DNA of 64,000 bases from Octopus sinensis (GCF_006345805.1 NW_021835996.1:455585-519584); one strand, 5' to 3'; numbered from the stretch's first letter, positions 13,587 through 27,179 are shown. Notes: generated by a model from the letters alone, not told the origin. Translations and numbers: made by a program.

Positions 13587-14583
13587 ATGTTTGGTGATTC
13601 TTTGGAGGCAATTTGTACACCTAAAAACAATTATTCAATCCCAGGCATTTTTGTAGAAATTTGTTCACTTTTACGCTCAAAAGGTTGTACTTAAAAATCG
13701 ATTTATGTCTAAATATAAAAAATTAACATTTTAATTTAGGTTTTCAATTTCCCGGATTATTCCGTATTGAGGGGCGGAGAGAGGATATTCAAAGTGAAAT
13801 ACAAAGGTTTAATATTGGGAAAAATTACGATCTGGAAAAACTTGAAATCCCCTTGATTGCGTCATTGATGAAAGCATTCATCAGAGAGTTGTCCTCTCCT
13901 TTGATACCCTATGAACTGCAGGGCTTGCTGTTAAAAGTGTACGAAAGTAATTGGAGGTTTCACTACATTTCAAGAATACGCCAACAAGGATGCCATGGTC
14001 ACCAAAATAGGGAAAATTCATTATAATTTACTCGCCAAGCCAAACTATCATTTTCTACATTACATATGCTTGTTCTTGAACGAGGCAGTTATGTATGGAG
14101 ACCTCAACTTGTTGACAGTAGAATCAATTGGAATACTTTTTGGTCCTCTCGTATTCAGGTGAAACTAATAATTTTTATTTTTAGATATAATCTGGATAGT
14201 TTAGATTTAATACACCAGATAACAATTTTAAATTCTGTTTTTGGATTTACCGTCAAGTTTTGCTTGCACATATTTTCTCATAAATGTCACGTGAGTTTGG
14301 ACGAGGAGTTGAGAGTTATGAACTCGGAAGCGAAAAGTGTTGCCCCTTGTGAATCGAAGTGTCCGGATAAGTTTATTCCCAAGTCTCTTAATTAAAACCA
14401 TCTATTTTAGAGAAATAAATAAAATGGAAATCAAAATAAAAAAGAATAATCTAAAACGTAACACCGACGTAGGAAATTTAGGTTAATAATATTTTTAGAG
14501 TTGGAGAAAAATGAGTATGGAAACGAAAAGCTCAATCTTGTGGTATTCGAATTATATCCATCAATTTTAGTAATATTATCTGA
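13587..14583 (+). CDS. RhoGAP-domain protein (FAM13-like domain; 3' end uncertain)
   Basis: Spliced MFGDSLEAIC...IPGIFVEICSLLRSK|GFQFPGLFRIEG (Arg finger)...IASLMKAFIRELSSPLIP...NLLTVESIGILFGPLVFR. Confidence 0.85.
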
Positions 14584-15179
14584 ACTACGGCTGTCACAAA
14601 TCTACCCTGAACGGCGTTAAAATGTTGAAAATTGATTACATTTCATTAACTTTGAAAAATAAATTATTTATTTAAGTACGTCATCACTTGTTAGGTATTT
14701 CAGTAAAAATAAGGAACGTAGCAATGTATATGTCCAACAAGAAACAAATGTATTCACTATGATTTCTGTTGGGAATGGTTTTTCAGATGGTGTTTTACAA
14801 TGTCTTACGTTCTTAAATAATTCGATCAATCTTATGGAACCAGGTGGCCTCAATTGTCAGAACTCAGTTGAAAAGAATTATTTATTTCAAATACATAGAA
14901 AAAGACTTAATTAAATCTTTAGTACCTATGTATTTTTTTAGTTTGAGTTCTGCGTTTTCCGTTTACTTTACACATAACAATAAACTGTATTCTTAATGCT
15001 TTCAATCACTCTTGCCCATCGTCAGAAAATTATCAGGAGTGCGCACCGTAGCTGAGAAAGTGCAACACTAAAATATTAAACACATTTATCTAAGCACATC
15101 TTACTATAAATTCGTTGAACTTACTATTCTTTAAACTTAGTAAATTAATTCTTAAGGTATTAGGATTGACTTCCGTCCT

Positions 15180-16040
15180 CTTCCAAACTATAATATGTGA
15201 CATGGGCAATGGGTTACGCATGGGCAACTGGTTACATTTTTTGACCTTGTAGACGTAAAAATAAAACCCCCTCGGTTTCGATTCAACATTTGCCGGCAAT
15301 CTGGAGTTCTGCTTTTTCTGGCCAATCCAGACCTCCTACGACCACTAGCAGCATGAGGTTGTCGTTTGGGTAGAGCCATTGCTCTTGCTTCGAGAAGTAG
15401 CAGATGGCGTTGTCCAGGGGGGTAAAGTTGTTCAGATGACAATTCTTTAGTCAGGATTTCAAGATTTCCTAGAACCGTGGCCAATTCGCCGTATACTAAT
15501 CGTATGCCACAGGAAATTTCCTGGTGATGACTTTCCTTTTGATTCTCACCACGATCGGATTGTGGTCGTTTCTCGTTTCATAGCAGACTGGCCAGTCCGT
15601 AGACGATGAAAGAAATAAAGAGCATAGAGCTACGTCAGGTGACGTATACTTATCACTCACACTGAGGAGAATCCTTGTGTTACTAGATGGATTGTTCAAA
15701 ATTGTTAAAGATTCCAATTGAGAAAGTAAAAGTTTCTCGCTCGTTTCCGCCGACTGGATGACAGCCATAGGGAATGCTTCGCATTCAAGTCCCCGCATAA
15801 GATGGCTTCATCGATAAATGTCAGTTTAGAGAAATTTGAGATGGTATGGCTTTTGGGCAGGAGCCAGAAAGTGGAATGTACACATTGACCAGCCATAATC
15901 GTCCCTACCTTGTACCAAGTGGGTTTACTTAGTTGGCTTGATTTCAGTGGAACGTTTAATTGAGAATACAATTGGCAGGAAAATCAAATCTCAGGAAACA
16001 TCGAGATACGCAGGTTTAACTTGGCATCCAGTTAATAAAA
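15180..16040 (-). mobile_element. Jockey/I-like LINE fragment (AP-endonuclease region), frameshifted
   Basis: ILCGDLNAKHSLW, SPDVALCS and NDHNPIVVRI are APE motifs. Nucleotide similarity to 27760-27990. Confidence 0.75.
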
Positions 16041-16440
16041 GAGCAGCCTTATCATCTAGCGATTCGTGTCACACTTTAAAAAAACCTTCTTACATAAAGA
16101 TATGAAAAGTTTAATCCTACTAAGTCGGGATTGTTTTTAAACTTTAAAGACTAGCTAAAAGCACGTTTTTAAATATTTTTTTAAATCAAACTACAATTCT
16201 ATATAGAAGTGATCCGAACAAGTTAGGTTTTTATAACATAAAGGCAATTCAGTTAATGTCCCCGATAGTATAAATTTACAAAATCTGACTTGTTCATTTT
16301 TTCAATTTTAGATCTATTATTCAAAAAAATATCATTTATTTATTATAACTTTTTTAACGTGTTTGATCAAATTAAGTATATTAATTTGAAACATTAACGA
16401 TATTTTGATTTTTGTAAAAATATTTGTTATCTAAGTAAAA

Positions 16441-19400
16441 TTTTTTTTTTTTTTAATTATTGAATTAAAAAATTAAAATATTCAGAGCTCAAGGACAGGT
16501 TCATAGTGCAACCGATTATTGTGGAGTCATCTGGAGTCTTCGGTCCGGAATCAATCTCTTTTATTAGGAAACTTGGATCCCTGATCTCGGTTCAGACGAA
16601 AGATAGAAGGGAGACCGAATGGCTGTTTCAACGCCTTTCAACAACCGTTGTCAGGGGTAATAGCCACGCAATCCTTTCTGCTCTTAAGCAACCTTAATTA
16701 ACATATTGAAAATAATTCTTTAATTTTTTGTTTTTTAAAAAAAAAAAATAAAAATATTATTGAAATGATTAAAAGGCACTTGCGGTTGCACGCATGATGG
16801 AGTGTGCATTGCCGCGAACGACAGCTATTCCAATTTGTTGGAATAACCATGACACTTCTCGAGGCTCCCCACGTCGCCTAGCAACTTTTCCTCCGACTTC
16901 TCTGATGAAAGAAGTCGTAAGAGGGCCGGTTACCCCAGAAGTCTCCACAGCGATAGGTACGAAGCGGTACCGTTGTCCAAGATTTGCATATTTGGCAATT
17001 TTTCTTTGCTCTGCAGCATCTGCTGCAGAACCTGGAGAAACAGCAGAAGAGATCATATTAGTTTTGGAATGGGTGTCAACACACGTTGAATCCCAAACCA
17101 ACGATTTTCCACAGGAGTAGGGAAAAGTGGTCATTCCATCGGGTCTTTTCCCATCTCCACGATCTAAGCCCACTGGCTCTAGGATCGAGGGGAAGGCCGC
17201 CGACTCAAGAGCTCTTAAGATAACATTGTTAATAGCGGAGTGCCGAGGAGCTCGGCCAGCACTTCGTTTGCAAGAGAGTGGGTGTACACCTTTGACGTCA
17301 ACCATTTTTCCACATCTACAACGATGTTGTTCGCAGATGTCAAGTCCGAGTCTCAGTGCAGTACCGATACGCATGCAGTCATCCTCTAATAATGTTCCGA
17401 GGCCAGCAATTGGCATAGCATTCAGCCATGACCCACTGTGTGGCACAGCTGCAGAGCGTAAGCAGGCGAGGCGGTGCTGGTCGAGCCTCATTGCCAGGTT
17501 GTCTGCGGTGAATTCGCAGCGTAATTTGTCCCAGCTCTGTTGGAGTGATGTTTGGATCGGGAATTTTAATCCTGATTCCTTCCACAGCATACATCCATCT
17601 TCAAAAGGCCTGTCCAAAGAAGATTCGGGGGATTTATGTAGAATCTCCAAGGATAGCCTTCGGCAGGATGAGTGAGAGGACAGGAAAGCTGGGAGGGCAA
17701 GGTCCAGGGCGGATCTTAGGCCAGCTCCGCCAGAATTAAGAGGTAGTTTACACTGGGTCCACCCATCATTATCGAAACGGACATTTAGGATCCACTCGGC
17801 ACACAATCTTAACGTATCATCGATAGAATGCAATATTTCATCTTGTATAAAGCAGGGCGAGCATCTCAATAAATATAACAGTTTGGGCACGTGGATGCAA
17901 TTTTTGAGGAAGAAAAAGGCCGTGTGGGAGTCAAGTAGAGAGAGGCGTTCAGTAAAACGGGACATTTCGACACTCTTAGCTCTGAGGTGGTTTTGCACTT
18001 CGGACTCTCCGAAAGGACACCAAGAAAATAAACATCGTTGAGGGTGTTTGTTTGTGTCTGGCAAGATTTCTGAAATCTTTTCCATTACTAAGCCAAAGTC
18101 TTGAATTGGGACTGAGATATTTATGATCTCAGTTTTTTGGTGTTGATTATCAGCCCCATTTTGCCCAGGGCAGGAAACAATTTATATAACTCATCCAAGA
18201 CGACATCAACAGGGCCACCAATAGTGGCATCGTCAAGGTACCAAAGGTTGAGAGGTGTCTTTACATTACGAGCCACCTCGTCGATTAACAGAGCGAATAG
18301 TAAGGGCCCAAGAGGGTCACCTTGTTGGACTCCAGTCCGTGAACGGACAATGTGTTTGTCAAAGACAAGCGAACTTTCGGACCCGTAAGCAAGGTGAGCC
18401 ACACTCATGATTTCTGGGGTACGCTGCGAGCACGATTCCAGCATACAGTCCCTTCTCAGACTGTTGAACGCGTTTGAGATATCCAGCTTCACCGCAAAGG
18501 AATTTGGGGAATGTCTTGTGTCAGGTGAAAAAAAAGCTCTTGTCGCGTGGACAGCAGCTTCACATCGTTGGAAACACCAACTCCCAGTTGGACTGGAGAT
18601 AATTCAGCGGCAACACGGGGACAGACTCTTCGGGCTGCAATTTGCATGCGAGCCTCCGGAAGACATTACCGACTGCAATGGGGCGGACTCCTCCATCGTT
18701 CTTTCGGAAAGCAATAAGATGTGAACAGAAAAGTAGATCCCTTGCAAAGCCTGAAATCTCAGCATTGACAATCCGTTCGACAAGCTCGGTAATACACTTG
18801 ATCAGGCGGATTCCAGTCTCCATAGTCAATCGGGAAATCATGTCCTTTATATGACTCGGCCGGAGACCATCAAATCCCCCACTGCTACTCGGTCTGAAAG
18901 ATTTAATCCCTTCCAAAATTTCATCATCAGAAATTGACAGTATAATTGCATTGTCTCGTGTGGGAAACTCCCGTAAGTCATCTGGGGGCATCGGATGTTT
19001 GTTTTTGAGGTGTTCCAAAGTCTCGGCAGTAGATTCAGCAAGTGAATCAGCGGACGAAAGGACCCGAACTGCCGCACGGATGTCGCCATCCATGAGTTTA
19101 CGACTAACTTGGGTTTTGAACCACTGGGGGGATTTTTCCGTGATGCACGTTTGGTAATTGGTCGCTTCACAATCGAAATCAATCCATGAGACATCCAATC
19201 TCGCAGAGTTCGACTTAATGGCAGCCGAGAGACTCTTCTTTTGTACTGAACCATCAATTGCTTGTCCAAACACACAAGGTGCAAAAGAGAGGAGACGGAT
19301 CCAAGAATGGTCCCCCCCGGAGCTTAGCGCATCAGTGATAAGATCGCACAAGCAGTTTGCCGCTGAGATCCGAGCCTGTTTAGGGATACGTAATGGTATC

Positions 19401-19760
19401 TTCTTAGATTTCCGTAAGTTGGAAATTTTGAAAATAGTGTTCTGATTTGGGTTCATGAAGCGAAGGAGACTGATGCTGCGAAGCCGCGATTCCGAGTAAA
19501 GCCATACAACAGTGGCAGCTCCAGCGCCGGAGTAATTTCACTGCGGCTTTGGTAAGGTGCGCGCAGCTAATATGCCAGAATTTATTACACATTGAACAGT
19601 AAACGCCACATTTCCTGGTGTTGATCTTATTACACCCATAACAGATAGAGGGATCCCTCCCAACTATCCGAAGAGTTTCCATCGTCTTGGAGTCTTCTTC
19701 TTTCATTATATTTCGCTCACTCACCTCACCACAAGAAAAACACCTCACCACAAAAAGAAC
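16441..19760 (-). mobile_element. Near full-length CRE-clade (RT + restriction-like endonuclease) non-LTR retrotransposon with N-terminal PHD finger; about 3 frameshifts
   Basis: Four ORF pieces. PHD at 19404-19850. SSGGFDGLRP and GVRPIAVGNVFRRL at 18560-19456. KLDISNAFNS, GVQQGDPLGPLLF and YLDD at 18121-18492. CRCG..HPLSC, RHSAIN, KRPDG and FVPIAVETSG at 16769-18085. Poly(A) tail is the T-run at 16441-16454. 5' boundary approximate. Confidence 0.92.
16465..16755 (+). mobile_element. 5'-truncated CRE-clade copy nested in the 3' UTR of the long CRE element
   Basis: KYSELKDRFIVQPIIVESSGVFGP...FQRLSTTVVRGN. A-tail at ~16737-16754. TSD ATTATTGAA at 16456-16464 and 16756-16764. Confidence 0.85.
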
Positions 19761-19989
19761 AAGCGGTGTTTTTAGAGCCTTATTTCGTAATGCATAAGAT
19801 GCACAAGTACCAAATTTTGTACTACGGCAAAAACGTGAAATAAAGATCAAAGTTGTCTTTTTGATACTATTTACCTCAGAACTTGAGGTATTTTATATTC
19901 TTTAATATATAAAACCTGTTCTAAAATTTATAAGTTAATATTTTATTTCTTAAAATACACGTTAGTTGTGTTGCAATTGAGTAATATCA

Positions 19990-22900
19990 ATGTCAATTAC
20001 GCTTTTCAAAATCGAACATGCACAAATAAAACACACAGCAAAGGACCTACAAAAATCCTTTCTGGTGCCAGTTTGTCGTCTTTTCGGCCACACATTATGT
20101 GGTTCTCTACAAATAAACAATCAATTAATAGGAAGTAGTGTGTGCTGTCACCTGCATGGGCTATTTCCGTATTTTTATGTCCGCGCCCCCAACGAAGACT
20201 GCACAAAAGCCGATTTTTTAAACAAACTGAAATTAGAGATTGATAAATGTCTTAGTACTGGACAACCAAGGAGGTTCGTTCACAAGATCGACATAGAGGA
20301 CGCTTAGTATATAATAATTAAATATATATAGTTCAATTTATGGTTATCATTCAAAAAGTTGTAAATTTTTAAAAATATCTTTTTTATCTCCCGCATCAAT
20401 TCCAATGTACTATGTATATTTATTGATATTAGAGCAGCTAGAGAATTGTTGGAAGGGAATGTTTTAGGAACACCAATGCAGCCCTTTGAGTCACATATCC
20501 CCTTCCATCTTCAGGTGACATACTCCTCATAATCAATAGGTCTGCATTGATCTTAACATAAGTGGAATGGCTTCATTTGAATTCAGTTCTTTTTCTGGTA
20601 GAATCGGTTTAGATTGGATTTTGTTATTTTAGGAAACATTTCTCGACATTCCTGTCAGTTGGTTGACTGTTTTTGTCATAAATTTCGTATAAAGTTTGTT
20701 AAAATTACAAAAATCACAAAAATAGTAAAACAGGCAATGTAGATAATAATTTGACAACATGTGATATTGAAATTGACGTGAATTGTCGCGATATCATTAA
20801 AAATGATACATGTAATGATTATTTTTGATTTTTTTATATTAAGAACATTTTATATTGTTGTTAGATCACGAATCCGCACTCGACAAAATGTGTTTTCGTT
20901 TAAAGAACGATTTTCCTGATCAAGATCTTCTCAACTCTTCAATGCCAGAACAATCTGGTAATTAATTAGAATAAACTATTTCAGAAAGGTCTCATGCGAG
21001 GGCTGATGATCACTTTGTTACAAAATTGAGGGATTTTGTCTTAGAAAACCAATCGGCTTCACGAGATCTATTTTCCCAGAATTATAGCTGTTTAATCTCA
21101 TTAATTACACTCAGTAACATCCTCCGACTTTTTGCAGGCAGCAAAGATTTCAGATATGTGCAACGAAATTCAGCCTAATAATTATGACGAAGAAATAATC
21201 AGAGAGGTTGAACTATCTCAGGAATTCAACTATTCGTTGGCCGATTTGTCAGAAACACAAAAATTCTATAAAAAAGATTGCATATCAACAAATACTGTCT
21301 ATATTCCCAACATATACAACCTAAAAAATAGCTACAAGTAATTATATCCCAATATAATAGATTGTCGGGTCACAAGCAACTCAGTTCTCTCAGAAAATGT
21401 CAAATGGTATCTATAATGCATGTTTACAACTCCCTAAGATTCGTTTTGTACCCGAAAAGTCTCTAAGCTTCACTCATCTCGAAGATTCTAATATAAACTC
21501 GTTTTTCAGTGCAATTGATAATACAAGAGGAGTGGTTAATCATATAAACGACGATGACGTAATACCATCAGTTGCAGTATTTACTCATAAATCTAAAATA
21601 GGATTCTCCCTTCAGTATTTTAAACTTGGAAGTATTTTGTGATAGTAGGAATGGACTTTGTCCCGATCCTTGTCAGGATTCGATAAGATTTGTCGTTTGC
21701 TGTCTCCAAACTCGATCGTTGGTCTTGATCTGGGAAACTTTTGTCCTCCAGGATGAACGTTTGGTGGAAAAAAGTCGATTTGGATTGGAAATATGTCCGG
21801 TTGTCGTGTATTCCGAAGTTGATTTGATAGAAAAGGTGATTGAATATATAATTCGGTTGATGTTGGTGGTGGTTATATGTTAATTAGACACGACCCTGAT
21901 TTATTAATTGGGTTTGAAACTGAAAAATCGTCCTGGGGATATTTAATTCAGAGGGGACAGATATTGGGGATTTATTTAGCAGGTCGAATTGGTAGAATTC
22001 GAGAACTTCAGTTAAAAAATCAAGGAAATGAGTACTCAAACTGCAATGAACTATCAGGAGAGGCTATTAGTGGTAGAATTTTACTAAATTTGTGGCGTAT
22101 TATCAAACATGAGGTTAGTTAGCTGAGTTACTAGTTTAGGTTACACTTATTAACTATTCCTTTGAAGAGGTAGCAAGGAAGGTTTTAAAAATAAATGTAC
22201 CGGCTTATTCACAAAAAACATTATTTTCGCTTTATTGTTCTGCATCAAGAGACAGGTAAACCACTAAAGTGTTTACTAAGTATAAATTTATTTGTAATGT
22301 CTCTTCTTCGCCAATAATTAAATTGAATATATATTTATTGAATTGAATATATATTAATATATATTAATTCATTAAAATTAAATTTTAAGAGTTTCTGTGA
22401 TTGAATATTTTCAAAAAAGATGTAAATATTTGTTTGAGATTATTGAGAAATTGAATGTACTTAATAAAGCGGTGGAATTTGCTAGAATATATGGAATTGA
22501 GTTTTACCACGTTTTCTCTCGAGGATCACAGTATCGAGTGGAGTCAATGTTACTGAGGGTAGCAAAGACACGGAAATTTATTTGCATGTCTCCCAATAGT
22601 CAACAAAGGGCTAATTCTGCTAAGCCACAACATATTCCTCTTGTCCTTGAGCCGATTCCTGCTTTTTACAAAGACCCGATTGTGGTACTTGATTTTCAGT
22701 CATTGTACCCTTCTATTATGATTGCTTACAACTACTGTTATTCAACCTGTCTTGGTAAAGTTGAAGATATTATTTCTGGGAAACCTTTCACGTTTGGGTG
22801 TGGGTTGTTGAGTCATTGTGTTTCTGAGATATCTGATGTGTTGGAGACTATTACAGTGTCGCCCAGTGGAACGGCCTTCGTGAGTCAGTCTGTGAGGAAA

Positions 22901-24427
22901 AGTATACTTGCAGAGTAATATCAATATTAAACTATTATTAGATTATTAGAACAACTCCTCAGTAGTCGAGTTATGTTTAAAAAAGCAGCTAAAAAAGTAG
23001 ATCCAAGCTCGGTTTTTTATTATTTGTTATATTCTTGGCAGAGAGAGTTTGATAGGTTGAATGCTAGACAGTTGTGTCTCAAGTTGATTGCAAATGTAAT
23101 ATATGGATATACAGCAGCCGGATGGACGGGGAGAATGCCGTGTGTCGAGGTTGTGTTGAGTATTTTGATTTTAAGGTCAGTGATAGCATTGTCAGTATGG
23201 GAAGAGATACATTGGAGAGAGCCATAGCATTTGTGGAATCTAGTTTTGATGCAAAAGTGGTCTATGGGGATACTGATAGTCTATTCGTGCTCTTGGAAGG
23301 TCGGTCATTCGAGGAGGCATTACAAATTGGAGATGAGATTGCTGTGGCGGTCACCAAGAACAATCCATTCCCTGTTAAACTCAGATTTGAAAAAGTTTAA
23401 TTATATATTTTAATGAGGTTTATTTACCTTCTATTCTATTGGCGAAGAAGAGATATGCTGGGTTGCATAGGACTATGACTGACAGGGAGGGATTCTTTGA
23501 TGCCAAAGGGATAGAGACCGTAAGAAGGGATTCTTGTGGATTGGTTTCCAAAGTAAGTACATTAATAAAAACTACAAAATAGATATTAAAGACTGAATTG
23601 ACCTTGTTATTTTCTTCAAAGGTTATTGAGGAGATCGAAGTATATTTTAAAAAGCAAGTACTCAAAATTTTGGAGGGAAGATGTGATTTTTCAGACTTTA
23701 TTTATTCCAAAATATTCCGAGGGTTTGAGAATTATACCACCAGAGTTCCTACTGTCGAGATTTCAAGACGTATGGAAAGCATCGATGCAATGAGTACTCC
23801 ACTCCGGGGGGCACGTGTTCCCTACGTGGTTGTAAGCGGATCGAGACATGAGAAACTTATCAATCTAGTTCGACACCCTCTCGAACTAGTCTCCAGGAAG
23901 GATTTAAAAATAAATGTCGAGTATTATCTACACCGAGCACTCATTCCTCCCTTAAATCGAGTTTTTAGCACGATAGGGATTAATGTTGTGGACTGGTTGT
24001 TCCGGAATTACATTTTAGGGTGTTACAAGTACAAAAACAGTCCTTTTCGCGGGAATCATCTAGGAAGGTTGTTTAAAGAATATATTTTTAGGGCACGTTG
24101 TTTGATTATTTTCAATATAAGAGATGTCTGGGGTGTCATGCTTTGGATTTGGCTTCTTGTTTTTGCAGTGAGTGTAGGTCGAGACCAGGGATATTGAATA
24201 ATCGAGTTTTATTGAGATTTGGAGATTTGCAATTACAGAAAGATATGATTCAGCTGGTTTGTGCCATTTTTGATTAATTTGATTAGACTTGTCTTGGGTG
24301 TTCTGGACACAACAATTGCACTGATAAATGTCAGTCCTGGTTTTGTCCAGTTCGTTTCAAGTTTATGAAATATTCCAATGACTATGACAGATTAAGGGAC
24401 GTATTAATATTACGTGACCTTTTTTAA
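19990..24427 (+). CDS. REV3L: DNA polymerase zeta catalytic subunit (compact, about 20 or more micro-introns)
   Basis: HLHGLFPYFYV, QPFESHIPFHLQ, DPDLLIGFE...SWGYLIQR, SRGSQYRVESMLLR, VLDFQSLYPSIMIAYNYCYSTC, LKLIANVIYGYTAA...GRMPCVE, VVYGDTDSLF, KGIETVRRD, C-terminal CysA (CLGC...CSEC) and CysB. TAA at 24425-24427. Confidence 0.95.
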
Positions 24428-24799
24428 ATTATTTATTTGTTTTTTGTAATAAACGGTTTAAATTCGTTTCCAGCGTTCCCATTACAGCCAGAAGTTTCGT
24501 GAAATAGGCAAGAAAATATGATCCCATAAATTTTTGATTAACTTGTTTGAATCCTCTAAGCCCATCCATAATCTCAAAATAAGGAATCATATGACGTAGT
24601 TCAGTCCAACACCAAAATAGTCCAGACCAAGGGGTGAGGTACGGTCGGATTTTGAAGCACTTTCGGATTTTGGAGCGCTTTTTAAATTTAACATTTCAAC
24701 AGAACAAAATGATAAATCAATAAAAAATTATGGAAATTAAGACGAAGAATCCCGAATCCCTAGCTTGAGATGATGGGAAGGGTGTAAAGGAGGTCGCAC

Positions 24800-25150
24800 A
24801 ATTTGGGAGGTCCCTGTAATGATATGGAGGGTCCTTAGATTTTGTAATGAATTGCGTAAAATATTATGGAATTTGAGGCAGTCCCTAGATGTGAGGATAT
24901 AGGGTACTTTAGATTTTGTAATAGATTGCGTGATATATTATGCAATTTAAGGGGTTCTATAAATGTTAGGATGGGGGTACTTGAAATTTTTTAATGAATT
25001 ACGTAATATATTATGTAATTTTGGGCGGTCGCTAGACGTGAAGATATGTGCATACTTGAGATTTTTTAATGAATTGCGTAAAATATTATGGAATTTGAGG
25101 CATTCCCTAGATGTGAGGATATAGGGTACTTGAGATTTTGTAATGAATTT
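24800..25150 (-). repeat. Isolated, diverged island of ~4-5 monomers of the 75-bp satellite in inverted orientation
   Basis: Contains TAATGAATTACGTAATATATTATG and CTAGATGTGAGGATAT...GTACTTGAGAT, the reverse complement of the monomer at 38.9-64 kb. Internal repeat at 222-bp spacing (24845/25067). Confidence 0.9.
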
Positions 25151-27179
25151 TTATAGTAGGTCTCAAATCTTGAGACAACGTATTTAGAAAATCCGTTCTG
25201 GATTGATAAAACCCTTAAACAAGAGATTGAACCGATGATTGCACATTCATGAGGATTTTATGATCTTGCCAATCACCTTGCTCTAACAGTGGATGTCATT
25301 TGTTGCAACATAGGGAACCCCTTTTTTGAAAACTCCAAAAAGCGACTGATTACCTTATCTTACTTTTCACTCGTTTAATATAAATTCTTATACAACCATT
25401 ATTTCATGATCAATTTTAAACTGGTTGAACCCTTCTTCGGTCATTTGATGCCGTTGCATCTCAAGGTAAAATTTCTTTTGATAAAACTATATAGTCAATT
25501 CAATTTCTTCTAAAAGCTCCTGCTCAAGACTTTGAACAATCATTTGCGAAACACGACTCAGAATCGTTCAGAAAAACGGATTAAATATTCTGCATACGTT
25601 TCTAGAATCTTTTTATCAGCGCGTGGTGTATAATAAAATTCTTCAAGAGAAACAATCGATGAAATTTTACAGAGGTTTTGGTATCCTTTGCGCCCCTTGG
25701 CTAAAAGTACAAGTGGATAGACGACTAAGTGACCTGTTATTCGTTATTTATCATGGCAGGAAAAGGAAGCTACAGTCACCTCAATCCCCATGATAAGCTT
25801 AATTCCTACTGCCTGAAAGCTTTAAAAAAGTCGACGGCGCCATACATGTTGCCAAAGTCGGTTTACGGCAAGATTCGAAAGCGCATAACTTTTCGCATTT
25901 TTGCTAGGGGTCTAGCCGATGCAGTAAAATCAAGAATTGAATACTGTGAATGAAAATGAAGTGGAATCAAACTTATGTTTAATTACCCGCCTGCAAGTTT
26001 GGTACGTAGCTTTCTGTTCCAAAAATGGTTAAAATAATTTCCAAATTGAAAAGGATATTGACATGACCAAGATTTCCATTAAAAACTGTATCACGCAAAA
26101 ATCCTTTCGTTGATTTCATTTAGCAGTAAATATCAGCTGCTCATATAAATTTAAACCATTTGTATGCCCAGTCTATATAGACAAATCATCATTAGACTGA
26201 TTTAATTTATTCGTGATTTGAAGACAATTTGCAAAGTAAAAAGTTTTTGTCGTATTATTGAATTAAGAAAAAAACCATAAATTTAGACTGACTTTTTTCC
26301 AGAGCCAATCAAGCCCCAAAGGCCCCAAAGAAGAAGAAATCGAAGCGGATATAAAGGAAATGATAAGGCCATTTGGGAGTATCCTGGAGGTAAAAGAAGT
26401 GTTTACTATGGGGCAATGATAGTTTTAATTAAAAAGTTTTCTAATATTTTTACTAAGCAGCGAATAAAAAATTTCTCTGAAGATGCACTTAGCTCTGATA
26501 CTATTTCTTTGAAAACCCTGATTAACCAGCTCAAAAACTTAATCAAAGTAAAAAGCTGATCTTTGACACGAACTTCTCCAAGATTTTAACTTAGTAACTC
26601 GCGCTGAAATAAAATCAAGCCTAACCAAACTTAAAATTGTTTTATCAGACATTGATCACTACCTTTTAATGAAGAAAAAAAAGATAGGATTTGAACAGGC
26701 TGAATTGGCTAGAAAAAATGGTTCATGTTCCCTTTATGGAAATTCTAAGAAAACCGCATGATGACTAAAAGGTTAATAAAAGCGCCAGATAACGGTGGAC
26801 CCATCTTTAGTGATTTGTATGATCTCTTTAGGCTTACCCAACTCATTTCCAATCCTGACATTTCGGAAGAAGCTCATGAATAACCCTCTAAACTCCGTTC
26901 TAAGGAGATAATTTTAGCGAAAAGAAAAGTGCGTCCTTACGGATAAGGTATATCAAACCCTAAGCTTGCTCTGCGAAAAATCGATATTGAAGTCACTAAG
27001 TTTGCCGTTCTTTCCAAAGAAAAAACTTTTCCTTTTGTGACGAGTTAACTGAAGCATATGAAGATATTCGTTTAAAGTAGCGTTATCTTAATATTCGACA
27101 TTCCGATGTTGCAGAAAAAATTGTCATGCGTCACAAAGCAATGTTGTGTAAGGGAGATCACTATAGTACACTGTTAGGC

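Noticed and set aside
16794-19445. Long plus-strand ORFs (e.g. 17127-17675) inside the CRE element
   Set aside because: Antisense shadows of the GC-richer retrotransposon ORF, with no motifs.
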